Source: Leucoraja ocellata (Eukaryota). Taken from it: 64,000 nucleotides of DNA. A program made the position numbers and the translations under genes. Below are positions 1 to 13,799 of this stretch, piece after piece. Each line of letters opens with the position of its first letter. Position 1 is the stretch's first letter. The notes beneath the pieces were generated by a model. It worked only from the letters and a program-made list of their open reading frames with translations. It was not told where the DNA came from and made no database searches. The stretch lies in assembly GCA_036785375.1 (NCBI GenBank), contig JAWMAR010000392.1, positions 1,302,001 to 1,366,000 of the forward strand, written 5' to 3'.

Positions 1-1021
1 CAGTCTTTTGCAATAATTCTTAGATACAAAGCTGGATGTTAGGATCAGACGAGAGGCGCACCTGCTGGCGTTGGGTGCGAAAGGAACAGCAGAGTCGGGA
101 ATCTTGATTGAAACACAAAGTGCTTGAGTAACTCAGCGGGTCAGGCAGTATCTATGTGGGGAAATGGATCGGCAAAATTAATATTGTTTGCACTATTATT
201 GTTTGTTTGTTGTTGTTGGTTGTTTTTGTGTGTGTAGGCATGTGTGCGTGTGTGAGTATATATATATACATAAATGATCTATCTCTATAGATATGTGTGT
301 GTATTTGTATGTGTACTGAACTTTTCTCTCTCGTTATTATATTGTTTACATTGTGCTATATTTACATATTCTGTTGTGCTGCTGCAAGTAAGAATTCCAT
401 TATTCTATCTGGGGCAAATGGCAATAAAACACTATTCTTCAGACTCGTTATTATACTGGCGTGTGATGGTATTAGCTTGCTGTTGTCACGTGTAGGGAGA
501 CGCGGTGAAAAAATGTTGCTGCTCTTCATGGAAATCATATTCTACACGAGTACATCCAGCCGTTGCAACAGTTAATGCAATGGGGAAAATACGAGAGTGC
601 AGCGTCAAAGCGTGGCAGTTGCAGAGAAAGCACAGAAAACAAGTTAATGCTCTCGTGTATAATTGTTATTCGTTTCACTATTCAGAACTGTAAATGCTGA
701 CGGCTTCCCGGAATTACTGATTCAGTCACCAGCCCATGTGATCTTAAACCTACGCCCTGATTCCAGTATTTCCTCGTCAAGAATAGGATTGACCTTTGCC
801 GTTTCAACTGGCTCCTTTCCCAATGCTCAGGTGAACCCAGGGAATAGGTCGGGTGAATGCACAGTCTTTTAACAAGGGAAGGGGAATCAAGAACCAGGTT
901 TAAAGTGAGAGGGGAAAGATCTAAAAGGGACCTGAGGTCAACCTGTTCACACAGAGAGTGGGTGGGTTTTTGAGATGTGTTGTCAAAGCAGGTAGTTGAG
1001 GCAGGTACTATAACAACATTT

Positions 1022-1272
1022 ACATAGAAACATAGAAACATAGAAATTAGGTGCAGGAGTAGGCCATTCGGCCCTTCGAGCCTGCACCGCCATTCAATAT
1101 GATCATGGCTGATCATCCAACTCAGTATCCCGTACCTGCCTTCTCTCCATACCCCCTGATTCCCTTAGTCACAAGGGCCACATCTAACTCCCTCTTAAAT
1201 ATAGCCAATGAACTGGCCTCAACTACCCTCTGTGGCAGAGAGTTCCAGAGATTCACCACTCTCTGTGTGAAA
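1022..1272 (-). mobile_element. CR1 LINE family A, 3' fragment
   Basis: Reverse complement of ORF2 end (...GEKAGTGY*), shared 3' UTR and (TTTCTATG)n tail. Confidence 0.9.
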
Positions 1273-1794
1273 GAAAATACATTTAAAAGACATTTGGACA
1301 AGCATGGATAGGAAATTGTCTATAGGGATATGGACCAAATGTGGGCAGGTGGGACTAGCATAGATGGGACATCTCGGTCGGCATGGGCAAGTTGAATCAA
1401 AGGGTCTGCTTCCGTGCTGTACGACTATGACTCTAACTCTTGAGCCTCAAAACCAATGCTATGGAAGGCACAACTTTAAAAAACAAAAACCAAAGGTTGG
1501 AGGGCCTCAGCGGGACAGGCAGCATTTGTGCAGAGAGACGCAAGGAACTCCAGTTGCAGGAATCTTGAGTAGAGCACAAAGTGCTTGGGTAACAAAGAGG
1601 GTCAGGCAGCATTTGTGAATGAATGGATTTCATGAATGGACAACATTTTTAATTGGAACCCTTCAGACTGATTGGAGTAGGGGGAACAAAGGTGGACAAA
1701 AGGTGCAGATGGGGCAAGTGATAAGCGGATGCAGATGCGGGGGGTTTTGAGGAGATAGAAGTGTACCAGGTAAGGTAAGGAGAAAAGAGGAGTG

Positions 1795-2161
1795 AAATTC
1801 TTAAGGGGTTGGACAGGCTAGATGCAGGAAGATTGTTCCCGATGTTGGGGAAGTCCAGAACAAGGGGTCACAGTTTAAGGATAAGGGGAAAATCTTTTCG
1901 AACCGAGATGAGGAAATCATTTTTCACACAGAGAGTGGCGAATCTGTGGAATTCTCTGCCACAGAAGGTGGTTGAGGCCACAGTTCATTGGCTATATTTA
2001 AGAGGGAGTTAGATGTGGACCTTGTGGCTAAAGGGATCAGGGGGTATGGAGAGAAGGCAGGTACAGGATACTGAGTTGGATGATCAGCCATGATCATATT
2101 GAATGGCTCAAAGGGCCGAATGGCCTACTCCTGCACCTATTTTCTATGTTTCTATGTTTCT
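1795..2161 (+). mobile_element. CR1 LINE family A, 5'-truncated
   Basis: [23 protein letters not shown]2 C-terminus; TTTCTATG tail. Confidence 0.9.
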
Positions 2162-2482
2162 AAATGTGAAACCAGAGGGATAAGGGTGGAAGGCGATCTT
2201 GTGGAAAGGGGTGGGATACAAATGCAGAGGCACAGAAAAGAAAGGTAGGGGTGGGAGAGGAAGTAGTAATACCTAAAATTGGCAAATTTGATGTTCATAC
2301 TGAAGAAGGGTTCAACCTGAAACCTGACCTATTCCTTTTGTCCAGAGATGCAGCCTGACCCCGTGACTTACTTTAGCAGTTTATGTCTCTCTTCAATGTT
2401 TATACTGTTGGGTTGTAAAGCACCAACATCAGCGTTTTGGAGGAAGCCAACATGACCAGCATCACCACCACAATAATAATAA

Positions 2483-3255
2483 TATACATGGTAAATGGTA
2501 GGGAATTGAAGAATGTAGGTGAACAGAGGGATCTGGGAATAACTGTGCACAGTTCCCTGAAAGTGGAATCTCATGTAGATAGGGTGGTAAAGAAAGCTTT
2601 TGGTGTGCTGGCCTTTATAAATCAGAGCATTGAGTATAGAAGTTGGGATGTAATGTTAAAATTGTACAAGGCATTGGTGAGGCCAATTCTGGAGTATGGT
2701 GTACAATTTTGGTCGCCTAATTATAGGAAGGATGTCAACAAAATAGAGAGAGTACAGAGGAGATTTACTAGAATGTTGCCTGGGTTTCAGCAACTAAGTT
2801 ACAAAGAAAGGTTGAACAAGTTAGGGCTTTATTCTTTGGAGCGCAGAAGGTTAAGGGGGACTTGATAGAGGTTTTTAAAATGATGAGAGGGATAGACAGA
2901 GTTGACGTGGAAAAGCTTTTCCCACTGAGAGTAGGGAAGATTCAAACAAGGGGACATGACATGAGAATTAAGGGACTGAAGTTTAGGGGTAACATGAGGG
3001 GGAACTTCTTTACTCAGAGAGTGGTAGCTGTGTGGAATGAGCTTCCAGTGAAGGTGGTGGAGGCAGGTTCGTTTTTATCATTTAAAAATAAATGGGATAG
3101 TTATATGGGTGGGAGGGAATGGAGGGTTATGGTCTGAGCGCAGGTATATGGGACTAGGGGAGATTATGTGTTCGGCACGGACTAGAAGGGTCGAGGTGGC
3201 CTGTTTCTGTGCTGTAATTGTTATATGGTTATATGGTTATATGGTTATATGGTTA
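2483..3255 (+). mobile_element. CR1 LINE family B, 5'-truncated
   Basis: ORF2 C-terminal region (ERDLG-like motif, LYKALVRPILEYG, TRGH); (TATGGTTA)n tail; frameshift near 2860. Confidence 0.9.
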
Positions 3256-3870
3256 ACCCACGTCTCCCTAAACAAACTCTGGACTGTCAACTGAAGGAAG
3301 GTCGGCGAGCCCCCGGCAGGCCAAAGAAACGCTGCAAGGACAACATCAAGAACAGTCTAAAGAAATTCCACATCGCATTGAGCAACTGGGAGCACATTGC
3401 ACTGGACAGGCGCTCCTGGGGAAATCCGTGCAGGAAGGAGCTGCACGTCACGAAACGGAACTACGCCGTGTTGCAGAGAAGGAGAGAGGAGAAGGGGACA
3501 CGACGACTATCAACCACCGCCAGTCTCCACTGCCCACGTTGCACCACAGTGTGTGGATCGCGGATTGGCCTCCATAGACATCTGCATACTCACAAACGGA
3601 CGACCCTATGGAGAGGAGAGTACAGTCATACTCGGTAGTTGAGGCAGTTCATTGGCTATATTTTAAGAGGGAGTTAGATGTGGCCCTTGTGGCTAAGGAG
3701 ATCAGGGGGTATGGAGAGAAGCAGGTACGGGATACTGAGTTGGATGATCAGCCATGATCATATTGAATGGCGGTGCAGGCTCGAAGGGCCGAATGGCCTA
3801 CTCCTGCACCTAATTTCTATGTTTCTATGTTTCTATGTTTCGAGTGACCGCCAATGATGATGATGATGAT
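3256..3870 (+). mobile_element. RTE-clade LINE 3' end, interrupted by a CR1-A copy (~3634-3840)
   Basis: RLPKQ...GRPKKRCKDNIKNSLK...WEHIALDRRSW and CxxC...HxxxH (CPRCTTVCGSRIGLHRHLHTH), typical of RTE ORF ends; (GAT)n tail at 3853-3870. Confidence 0.8.
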
Positions 3871-4432
3871 TGCCACATATGCAGAGTGCAAATGCACAGT
3901 GAAACTATCTTCTTACAAACAGTCCAGTAGACTATTGCCATACCTACGTACTTCCCCGATGAGCAGAGTGCACAGAAATAGTCCATATGGGCCTGCGTGC
4001 TAGAGGCGCCATGTTTTAGGCACCATTTTCAAAGTCCAGTCCACGCTCTAGTTGTGATGAGTGATGCACCTTCCAGGCAAGTCCCAGGCTATTGTAGGCC
4101 TCCACCCATCACCTTCCCTTGGACGTGCGAACCGACGTCCCTCTCCTCGTCCGTCCACCTTTGTGCCCCAGAGAAGTCTCCCACAGCTGATCTCGAGGGC
4201 GCTGTAGGCCAGCCACCTCTCCTACTGGCCTCACTCCCAGCCCATTGCATCCGTCATTCATCCATCTTGTATTAAGTCTTCGGGTGAAGATTAGCTGATC
4301 CCCCCCACCCCTCCCCCCTTCCAGGCCTTCACTCAGGTGCTGGTTGGTGGGGCTCCAGAGTGGTATGGGGCACTGGGACTAGCATAGCCCGGGCATCGAG
4401 ATCAGCATGGGTGGGTTGGGCCAAAGGGCCTG

Positions 4433-5130
4433 TTTGAAGGTAGGCATGCAGGTGCAGCAGGCAGTAAAGAAAGCGAATGGTATGTTAGCTTTCATTGCAA
4501 AAGGATTGAGTATAGGAGCAGAGAGGTTCTACTGCAGTTGTACAGGGTCTTGGTGAGACCACACCTGGAGTATTGCGTACAGTTTTGGTCTCCAAATCTG
4601 AAGAAAGACATACTTGCCCTAGAGGGAGTACAGAGAAGGTTCACCAGACTGATTCCTGGGATGGCAGGACTTTCATATGAAGAAAGACTGGATAGACTCG
4701 GCTTGTACTCACTAGAATTTAGAAGATTGAGGAGGGATCCTATAGAAACTTACAAAATTCTTACGTGGTTGGACAGGCTAGATGCAGGAAGATTATCCCC
4801 AATGTTGGGGAAGTCCAGAACAAGGGGTCACACAGTTTAAGGATAAGGGGGAAATCTTTTAGGACCGAAATGAGAAAAACATTTTTCACACAGAGTGGTG
4901 AATCTGTGGAATTCTCTGCCACAGAAGGTAGTTGACGCCAGTTCATTGGCTATATTTAAGAGGGAGTTAGAAGTGCCCCTTGTTACTAAAGGGATCGGGG
5001 GTATGGAGAGAAGGAGGTACAGGATACTGAGTTGGATGATCAGCCATGATCATATTGAATGGCGGTGCAGGCTCGAAGGGCCAAATGGCCTACTCCTGCA
5101 CCTATTGTCTATGTTTCTATGTTTCTATGT
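4433..5130 (+). mobile_element. CR1 LINE family A, 5'-truncated
   Basis: [15 protein letters not shown]...TRGH; TTTCTATG tail. Confidence 0.9.
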
Positions 5131-5204
5131 TACTGTTAATGTGTGCATGCCAAACATTTGCATGTTGTGGTGTTTATAACTAGATAGTTTGCTTACAATG
5201 CATT

Positions 5205-5484
5205 TTAGTTTAGTTTAGTTTAGTTTAGAGATACAGCGCAGAAACAGACCCTTCAGCCCATCGAGTCCACACCGACCCACGACATTAACACGACTCTACC
5301 CACATTGGGGACAATTTTTTTTACGTTTATGTAAGGCAATCAACCTGTGTGTCTGTCTCTTTGGAGTGTGGGGGAAACCAAAGATATGGGAGAAAACTCA
5401 CGTAGGTGACGGGGAGAACGTACAGACTCCATACAGATAGCACCCGTAGAATAGTAGCTCTGCCGTAATGCCACCGGCCACCAA
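5205..5484 (-). mobile_element. tRNA-derived SINE (HE1/V-SINE-like)
   Basis: Body GGGTGCTATCTGTATGGAGT...TTCTCCCCGT on minus strand and (CTAAA)n tail; recurs many times in the window. Confidence 0.65.
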
Positions 5485-6766
5485 AGATGGATTTGTGCCT
5501 GGAAGGTCATGTTTAACTAATCTTCTTGAATTTTTTGAAGATGTTACTCGGGAAATTGATGAGGGTAAAGCAGTGGATGTTGTGTATATGGACTTCAGTA
5601 AGGCCTTTGACAAGGTTCCTCATGGAAGGTTGGTTAAGAAGGTTCAATGGTTGGGTATTAATGGTGGAGTAGCAAGATGGATTCAACAGTGGCTGAATGG
5701 GAGATGCCAGAGAGTAATGGTGGATGGTTGTTTGTCAGGTTGGAGGCCAGTGACGAGTGGGGTGCCACGGGGATCTGTGTTGGGTCCACTGTTGTTTGTC
5801 ATGTACATCAATGATCTGGATGATGGTGTGGTAAATTGGATTAGTAAGTATGCAGATGATACTAAGATAGGTGGGGTTGCGGGTAATGAAGTAGAGCTTC
5901 AAAGTCTACAGAGAGATTTATGCCAGTTGGAAGAGTGGGCTGAAAGATGGCAGATGGAGTTTAATGCTGATAAGTGTGAGGTGCTACATCTTGGCAGGAC
6001 AAATCAAAATAGGACGTACATGGTAAATGGTAGGGAATTGAAGAATGTAGGTGAACAGAGGGATCTGGGAATAACTGTGCACAGTTCCCTGTGAAAGTGG
6101 AATCTCATGTAGATAGGGTGGTAAAGAAAGCTTTTGGTGTGCTGGCCTTTATAAATCAGAGCATTGAGTATAGAAGTTGGGATGTAATGTTAAAATTGTA
6201 CAAGGCATTGGTGAGGCCAATTCTGGAGTATGGTGTACAATTTTGGTCGCCTAATTATAGGAAGGATGTCAACAAAATAGAGAGAGTACAGAGGAGATTT
6301 ACTAGAATGTTGCCTGGGTTTCAGCAACTAAGTTACAAAGAAAGGTTGAACAAGTTTGGGCTTTATTCTTTGGAGCGCAGAAGGTTAAGGGGGGACTTGA
6401 TAGAGGTTTTTAAAATGATGAGAGGGATAGACAGAGTTGACGCGGAAAAGCTTTTCCCACTGAGAGTAGGGAAGATTCAAACAAGGGGACATGACATGAG
6501 AATTGAAGTTTAGGGTAACATGAGGGGGAACTTCTTTACTCAGAGAGTGGTGGCTGTGTGGAATGAGCTTCCAGTGAAGGTGGTGGAGGCAGGTTCGTTT
6601 TTATCATTTAAAAATAAATTGGATAGTTATATGGATGGGAAGGGAATGGAGGGTTATGGTCTGAGCGCAGGTATATGGGACTAGGGGAGATTATGTGTTC
6701 GGCACGGACTAGAAGGGTGGAGATGGCCTGTTTCCGTGCTGTAATTGTTATATTGTTATATGGTTA
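5485..6766 (+). mobile_element. CR1 LINE family B with reverse transcriptase core (frameshifted)
   Basis: GFVPGRSCLTNL, DFSKAFDKVPH, GVPRGSVLGPLLF and YADD RT motifs; 2-bp insertion at ~6090; family B tail. Confidence 0.95.
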
Positions 6767-7272
6767 AAGATGAGGGAAAATCTCGACTTACTGCATTCCC
6801 CGATGATGTTATAATTTGTCATGTGATGCAATGTGATTCTTTAACTGGCAGCGTTGCTGACTGGGGAATTCCAGTTTTGTCATTGACTTGTACAGCTTAG
6901 AAACAGGCCATTCAGCCCATCAAACCCACACTGACCAAAAACAACATAGCTTAGTTTAGTTTATTTTAGAGATATATCCTCATTTGTATATATTGTTTTA
7001 ATCAGCATTTTACTATTTTGCACTCTGGTTCGATGCTAAACTGGATTTCGTTTTACCTGTACTTGTATTTGTGCAATGACAATAAAGTTGAATCTAATCT
7101 AATCTAAAGAAAAACCAGCACGGAAACAGGCCCTTCGGCCCACCAAGTCTGTACCGACCAGCGATCCCCGCTCATTAACACTACTCTACACACACTAGGC
7201 ACATTACAATTATACCAAGACAATCAACCGGCAAACCTGTACGTCTTTAGATTGTGGGAGGAAACATATATA

Positions 7273-7587
7273 ACAGGACAAGGGGTCACAGCTTAAGGAT
7301 AAAGGGGAAATCCTTTAAAACCGAGATGAGGAGAACTTTTTTCACGCAGAGAGTGGTGAATCTCTGGAACTCTCTGCCACAGAGGGTAGTTGAGGCCAGT
7401 TCATTGGCTATATTTAAGAGGGAGTTAGATGTGGCCCTTGTGGCTAAGGGGATCAGGGGGTATGGAGAGAAGGCAGGTACGGGATACTGAGTTGGATGAT
7501 CAGCCATGATCATATTGAATGGCGGTGCAGGCTCGAAGGGCCGAATGGCCTACTCCTGCACCTAATTTCTATGTTTCTATGTTTCTA
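7273..7587 (+). mobile_element. CR1 LINE family A 3' end
   Basis: ORF2 end AGTGY* and tail; tail-to-tail with the following CR1-B. Confidence 0.9.
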
Positions 7588-8023
7588 TAACACCATATAA
7601 CACCATATAACAATTACAGCACGGAAACAGGCCATCGCGACCCTTCTAGTCCGTGCCGAACACATAATCTCCCCTAGTCCCCATATACCTGCGCTCAGAC
7701 CATAACCATCCATTCCCTTCCCATCCATATAACTATCCAATTTATTTTTAAATGGTAAAAACGAACCTGCCTCCACCACCTTCACTGGAAGCTCATTCCA
7801 CACAGCTACCACTCTCTGAGTAAAGAAGTTCCCCCTCATGTTACCCCTAAACTTCAGTCCCTTAATTCTCATGTCATGTCCCCTTGTTTGAATCTTCCCT
7901 ACTCTCAGTGGGAAAAGCTTTTCCACGTCAACTCTGTCTATCCCTCTCATCATTTTAAAAACCTCTATCAAGTCCCCCCTTAACCTTCTGCGCTCCAAAG
8001 AATAAAGCCCTAACTTGTTCAAC
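7587..8023 (-). mobile_element. CR1 LINE family B 3' end
   Basis: ORF 7585-8025 (LGLYSLERRRLRGDLIEVFK); ATAACCAT tail. Confidence 0.9.
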
Positions 8024-8072
8024 AAGATCTCGGAGAAAGTTCTCTCTAGACTCTATATTCTCTCTAGACTCT

Positions 8073-8499
8073 ATACTCTCTAGAATTTAGGAGATTGAGA
8101 GGGGATCTTATAGAAACTTACAAAATTCTTAAGGGGTTGGACAGGCTAGATGCAGGAAGATTGTTCCCGATGTTGGGGAAGTCCAGGACAAGGGGTCACA
8201 GCTGAAGGATAAGGGGGAAATCCTTTAAAACCGAGATGAGGAGAACTTTTTTCACACAGAGAGTGGTGAATCTCTGGAACTCTCTGCCGCAGAGTGTAGT
8301 TGAGGCCAGTTCATTGGCTATATTTAAGAGGGGGTTAGATGTGGCCCTTGTGGTTAAAGGGACCAGGGGGTATGGAGAGAAGGCAGGTACGGGATACTGA
8401 GTTGGATGATCAGCCATGATCATATTGAATGACGGTGCAGGCTCGAAGGGCCGAATGGCCTACTCCTGCACCTAATTTCTATGTTTCTATGTTTCTATG
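8073..8499 (+). mobile_element. CR1 LINE family A 3' end
   Basis: Near-identical to other family A copies; duplicated 5' junction at 8041-8082. Confidence 0.9.
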
Positions 8500-8504
8500 A
8501 AAGT

Positions 8505-8608
8505 TCAAACTCCGTACAGACAGCACCCGTAGTCGGGATCGAATCCAGGTCTTTGGTGCTGTAAGTGCTGTAAGGCAGCAACTCTACCACTGCACCACTG
8601 TGCCACCC
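8505..8608 (-). mobile_element. tRNA-derived SINE head
   Basis: Minus strand GGGTGGCACAGTGGTGCAGTGGTAGAG (A box) ... GGATTCGATCCC (B box). Confidence 0.7.
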
Positions 8609-9249
8609 TAATAGATATAGAAATTACAAAGTACTTAGACCTGTCATTATTGAAGGTTGACTTCAATAAAGTCAAAGTTATGTCATAACGTTGATATGGA
8701 GATAATAGTTCAATGGAAGGAGTGTGGGAACCTGCTGGAGAAGTACCTGGTGCACTCATACTTATTTCTGGACAAAGCTGTAGATATGGTAGTTTCTATT
8801 GAAGTAGCAATGGCTAATAACAGTATTTTATTTTTTGGTTTGTAAGCCTCTGTATGACAATTTACAGAAGGCCAATTAACCTTTACTACTTGCATGTTTT
8901 TGGGATGAGGGAGGAAACTGAAGCACCCAGACGAAATACATGCAGTCGAACGGAGAACGGACAGACTCCACACAGACAGCACCAGAGGTCAGGATCGAAC
9001 ACGGATCGAACAGTTCTGGCAGCTGCGCCACTGTACTGCCATAAAACACAATGTGCTGCTTTGATTGGATTATATTGGCGGATGGTGCTTTCGGAGAGGA
9101 TTCTTCAGGTTAGGATTTACTGCCATTTGGAAGAGAATGGAGCAATGTGGTGCATCAGTTCAATAGACAAAGTCGAGTGTCCACAATGGAGTAAAGATAA
9201 ATCGAACAGTACCCTCACTTATGGAAGGACCTTACAGAAGCCTGATAAT

Positions 9250-10177
9250 ATATATTAATGATTAGGACGAGGGAATTGAAGGCAATATCTCTAAGTTTGT
9301 GGATGACACGAAGCTGGGGGGCAGTGTTAGCTGTAAGGAGGATGCTAGGAGGCTGCAAGGTGACTTGGATAGGTTGGGTGAGTGGGCAAATGCATGGCAG
9401 ATGCAGTATAATGTGGATAAATGTGAGGTTATTCACTTTGGTGGCAAGAACAGGAAAATAGACTAGTATCTGAATGGTGGCCGATTCGGAAAAGGGGAGA
9501 TGCAACGAGACCTGGGTTTCATGGTACACCAGTCATTAAAAGTAGGCATGCAGGTGCAGCAGGCAGTGAAGAAAGCGAATGGTATGTTAGCATTCATAGC
9601 AAAAGGGTTTGAGTATAAGAGCAGGGAGGTTCTACTGCAGTTGTACAGGGCCTTGGTGAGACCACACCTGGAGTATTGTGTACAGTCTGAGGAAAGACAT
9701 TCTTGCCATAGAGGGAGTACAGAGAAGGTTCACCAGACTGATTCCTGGGATGGCAGAACTTTCACATGAAGAAAGATTGGATAGACTCGGCTTGTACTCG
9801 CTAGAATTTAGAAGATTGAGGGGGGATCTTATAGAAACTTACACAATTCTTAAGGGGTTGGACAGGCTAGATGCAGGAAGATTGTTCCCGATGTTGGGGA
9901 AGTCCAGAACAAGGGGTCACAGTTTAAGGATAAGGGGGAAATCTTTTAGGACCGAGATGAGAAAAACATTTTTCACACAGAGTGGTGGATCTGTGGAATT
10001 CTCTGCCACAGAAGGTAGTGGAGGCCAGAATGTTGGCTATATTTAAGAGGGAGTTAGATGTGGCGGTATAGAGAGAAGGCAAGTACAGGATACTGAGTTG
10101 GATGATCAGCCATGATCATATTGAATGGCGGTGCAGGGCCGAATGGCCTACTCCTGCACCTATTTTCTATGTTTCTA
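9250..10177 (+). mobile_element. CR1 LINE family A with partial RT, degenerate
   Basis: Fragmented ORF2 (ISKFVDDTKLGG...QRDLG...TRGH); tail. Confidence 0.9.
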
Positions 10178-10650
10178 ACCGAGGGGAAAATGGTATTCCT
10201 GAGTCTGGTGGAGCGCGCATTCAAGCTTCTGTACTTTTTGCTGGACGGGAGCGGGGAGAAGAGTGAATGATCGGGGTGAGACAAGTCTTTGTTTATATTC
10301 TGATGCAGCATGAAGTGCAGATGGAATCAATGGTGGCGGGTCTGGTCAATGCAATGGGCTGGGCTACTTACACAACTCATTTTTTCAAGTTGTAAATGCA
10401 ACTGTGCAGTCTGAAAGTCACAAAATGGAGAGGAATAACTGGTTTGGAACCTGCGGTGAACACACAGAGCTGGGTGGGGACTTTGCTCACTGAAGCTGTG
10501 CCAACTGAAAGTGAAAGAGATGAATTTCGGTTGTGTCTTGCAGGTTGAGCAAACAACACCAAGGGGATTTCCAGCAAAACAGTTTCTGTTCAATACACTC
10601 CCCTTCTTCAGCCACGTCCCTCTCTTTCCCATTTCTGCTTTTTGTTCTCT

Positions 10651-11178
10651 CATATAACCATATAACCATATAACAATTACAGCACGGAAACAGGCCATCT
10701 CGACCCTTCTAGTCCGTGCCGAACACATCATCTCCCCTAGTCCCATATACCTGCGCTCAGACCATAACCCTCCATTCCCTTCCCATCCATATAACTATCC
10801 AATTTATTTTTAAATTATAAAAACGAACTTGCCTCCACCACCTTCACTGGAAGCTCATTCCACACAGCTACCACTCTCTGAGTAAAGAAGTTCCCCCTCA
10901 TGTTACCCCTAAACTTCAGTCCCTTAATTCTCATGTCATGTCCCCTTGTTTGAATCTTCCCTACTCTCAGTGGGAAAAGCTTTTCCACGTCAACTCTGTC
11001 TATCCCTCTCATCATTTTAAAAACCTCTATCAAGTCCCCCCTTAACCTTCTGCGCTCCAAAGAATAAAGCCCTAACTTGTTCAACCTTTCTCTGTAACTT
11101 AGTTGCTGAAACCCAGGCAACATTCTAGTAAATCTCCTCTGTACTCTCTCTATTTTGTTGACATCCTTCCTATAATTA
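10651..11178 (-). mobile_element. CR1 LINE family B 3' end
   Basis: ORF 10815-11219; tail. Confidence 0.9.
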
Positions 11179-11403
11179 GCTGAATAATTATTAAAAAACA
11201 AATAATTATTTGTTGACATCCTCTCCTACCATCCTGCTCCTGTTATAGTTTAGTTCAGGGACACAGCACAGAAACAGGCCCTTTGGTCCATGCTGATCAG
11301 TGATCCCCTCACACTAACAGTCTCTGCCACACACAAGGGACAATTTACATTTCTACCAAGCCATTTAACCCACAAACCTGTACGTTTTTATTTTTGAGTG
11401 TGG

Positions 11404-12567
11404 TAGAAACATAGAAACATAGAAACATAGAAATTAGGTGCAGGAGTAGGCCATTCGGCCCTTCGAGCCTGCACCGCCATTCAATATGATCATGGCTGAT
11501 CATCCAACTCAGTATCCCGTACCTGCCTTCTCTCCATACCCCCTGATCCCCTTAGCCACAAGGGCCACATCTAACTCCCTCTTAAATATAGCCAATGAAC
11601 AGGCCTCAACTACCCTCTGTGGCAGAGAGTTCCAGAGATTCACCACTCTCTGTGTGAAAAAAGTTCTTCTCATATCGGTTTTAAAGGATTTCCCCCTTAT
11701 CATTAAGCTGTGACCCCTTGTCCTGGACTTCCCCAACATCGGGAACAATCTTCCTACATCTAGCCTGTCCAACCCCTTAAGAATTTTGTAAGTTTCTATA
11801 AGATCCCCTCTCAATCTCCTAAATTCTAGAGAGTATAAACCAAGTCTATCCAGTCTTTCTTCATAAGACAGTCCTGACATCCCAGGAATCAGTCTGGTGA
11901 ACCGTCTCTGCACTCCCTCTATGGCAATAATGTCCTTCCTCAGATTTGGAGACCAAAACTGTACGCAATACTCCAGGTGTGGTCTCACCAAGACCCTGTA
12001 CAACTGCAGTAGAACCTCCCTGCTCCTATACTCAAATCCTTTTGCAATGAAAGCTAACATACCATTCGCTTTCTTTACTGCCTGCTGCACCTGCATGCCT
12101 ACCTTCAATGACTGGTGTACCATGACACCCAGGTCTCGCTGCATCTCCCCCTTTCCCAAACGGCCACCATTTAGATAATAGTCTGCTTTCCCGTTTTTTG
12201 CCACCAAAATGGATAACCTCACATTTATCCACATTATACTGCATCTGCCAAACATTTGCCCACTCACCCAGCCTATCCAAGTCACCTTGCAGTCTCCTAG
12301 CATCCTCCTCACAGCTAACACTGCCCCCCAGCTTAGTGTCATCCGCAAACTTGGAGATATTGCCTTCAATTCCCTCATCCAGATCATTAATATATATTGT
12401 AAATAGCTGGGGTCCCAGTACTGAGCCTTGGGGTACCCCACTAGTCACTGCCTGCCATTGTGAAAAGGACCCGTTTACTCCTACTCTTTGCTTCCTGTTT
12501 GCCAGCCAGTTCTCTACCCACATCAATACTGAACCTCCAATGCCTTGTGCTTTAAGTTTGTATACTA
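11404..12567 (-). mobile_element. CR1 LINE family A with RT core
   Basis: GVPQGSVLGPQLF and FADD motifs in ORF 12032-12934, continuing in ORF 11509-12441 after a frameshift. Confidence 0.95.
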
Positions 12568-12744
12568 GGAAACCGGAGGTCCCAGACAAAGCCCATGCGG
12601 GCCATGGGGAGAATGTACATATTCCGTACAGACAAGCATCCACAGTCAGGATCAAACCCAGGTATCTGGAGCTGCAAGGCAGCAACTCTACCGCTGCGCC
12701 ACATTGCCAACCTCTAAGAGTTTCCTCTATTATTTCAATGTAAC

Positions 12745-13090
12745 TTAGAAGGGACATGCAGGAAAAATGTTCCCGATGTTGGGGGAGCCCAGAACTAGGG
12801 GATTGCAGTTTAAGAATAAGGGGTAGGCCATATTGGGCTAAAATGAGGAAAAACTTTTTCACCCTGAGAGTTGTGAATCTGTGGAATTTTCTGGCACAAT
12901 AGGCAGTGGAGGCCGATTCACTGGATGTTTTCAAGAGAGAGTTAAATATAACTGAGGGCTCACGGAATCAAGGGAAATGGGGAGAAAGCAGGAACGGAGT
13001 ACTGATTTTGGATGATCAGCCATGATCATATTGAATGGCTTGAAGGGCTGAATGGCCTACTCCTGCACCTATTTTCTATGTTTCGATGTT
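12745..13090 (+). mobile_element. Older CR1-A-related LINE 3' end
   Basis: Diverged version of family A ORF2 end and 3' UTR. Confidence 0.75.
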
Positions 13091-13091
13091 A

Positions 13092-13787
13092 AACATAGAA
13101 ACATAGAACATAGGTGCAGGAGTAGAGGCCATACGGCCCTTCGAGCCTGCACCGCCATTCAATATGATCATGGCTGATCATCCAACTCAGTATCCCGTAC
13201 CTGCCTTCTCTCCATACCCCCTGATCCATTTAGCCACAAGGGCCACATCTAACTCCCTCTTAAATATAGCCAATGAACTGGCCTCAACTACCTTCTGTGG
13301 CAGAGTGTTCCACAAATCATGGGAGACCCCTTCCACCCCTGCAACGGACTGTTCCAGCTGCTACGGTCAGGCAAACGTCTCCGTTGCCATGCGGTGAGAA
13401 CGGAGAGGTTGAGAAGGAGTTTCTTCCCAGAGGCAATTCGGACTGTAAACGCCTATCTCACCAGGGACTAACTCTACTGAACGTTTTTCCTTCCATTATT
13501 TATTATGTAAAAGAATATGTGTGTTATGATTGTGTTTATAATTTGTTTGGTTGTTTTGTTGTTTGTCTTTTGCACAAAAGTCCGCGAGCATTGCCACTTT
13601 CATTTCACTGCACATCTCGTATGTGTATGTGACAAATAAACTTGACTTGACTTGACTTGACTTGAGATTCACCACTCTCTGTGTGAAATTTATTTTTCTC
13701 TTCTCGGTCCTAAAGGATTTCCCCTCTATCCTTAAGCTGTGACCCCTTGACCTGGAACTCCCCAACAATCTTCCTGCATCTAGCCTG
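13092..13787 (-). mobile_element. CR1 family A copy interrupted by a Rex/Babar-like 3' end (~13315-13663, plus)
   Basis: CR1-A sequence resumes at ~13664 after a (CTTGA)n-tailed insert. Confidence 0.7.
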
Positions 13788-13799
13788 TTGCTATATTCA

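Noticed and set aside
8505-8608. tRNA-like A/B boxes
   Set aside because: They continue into a SINE body; no complete cloverleaf, so not tRNA genes
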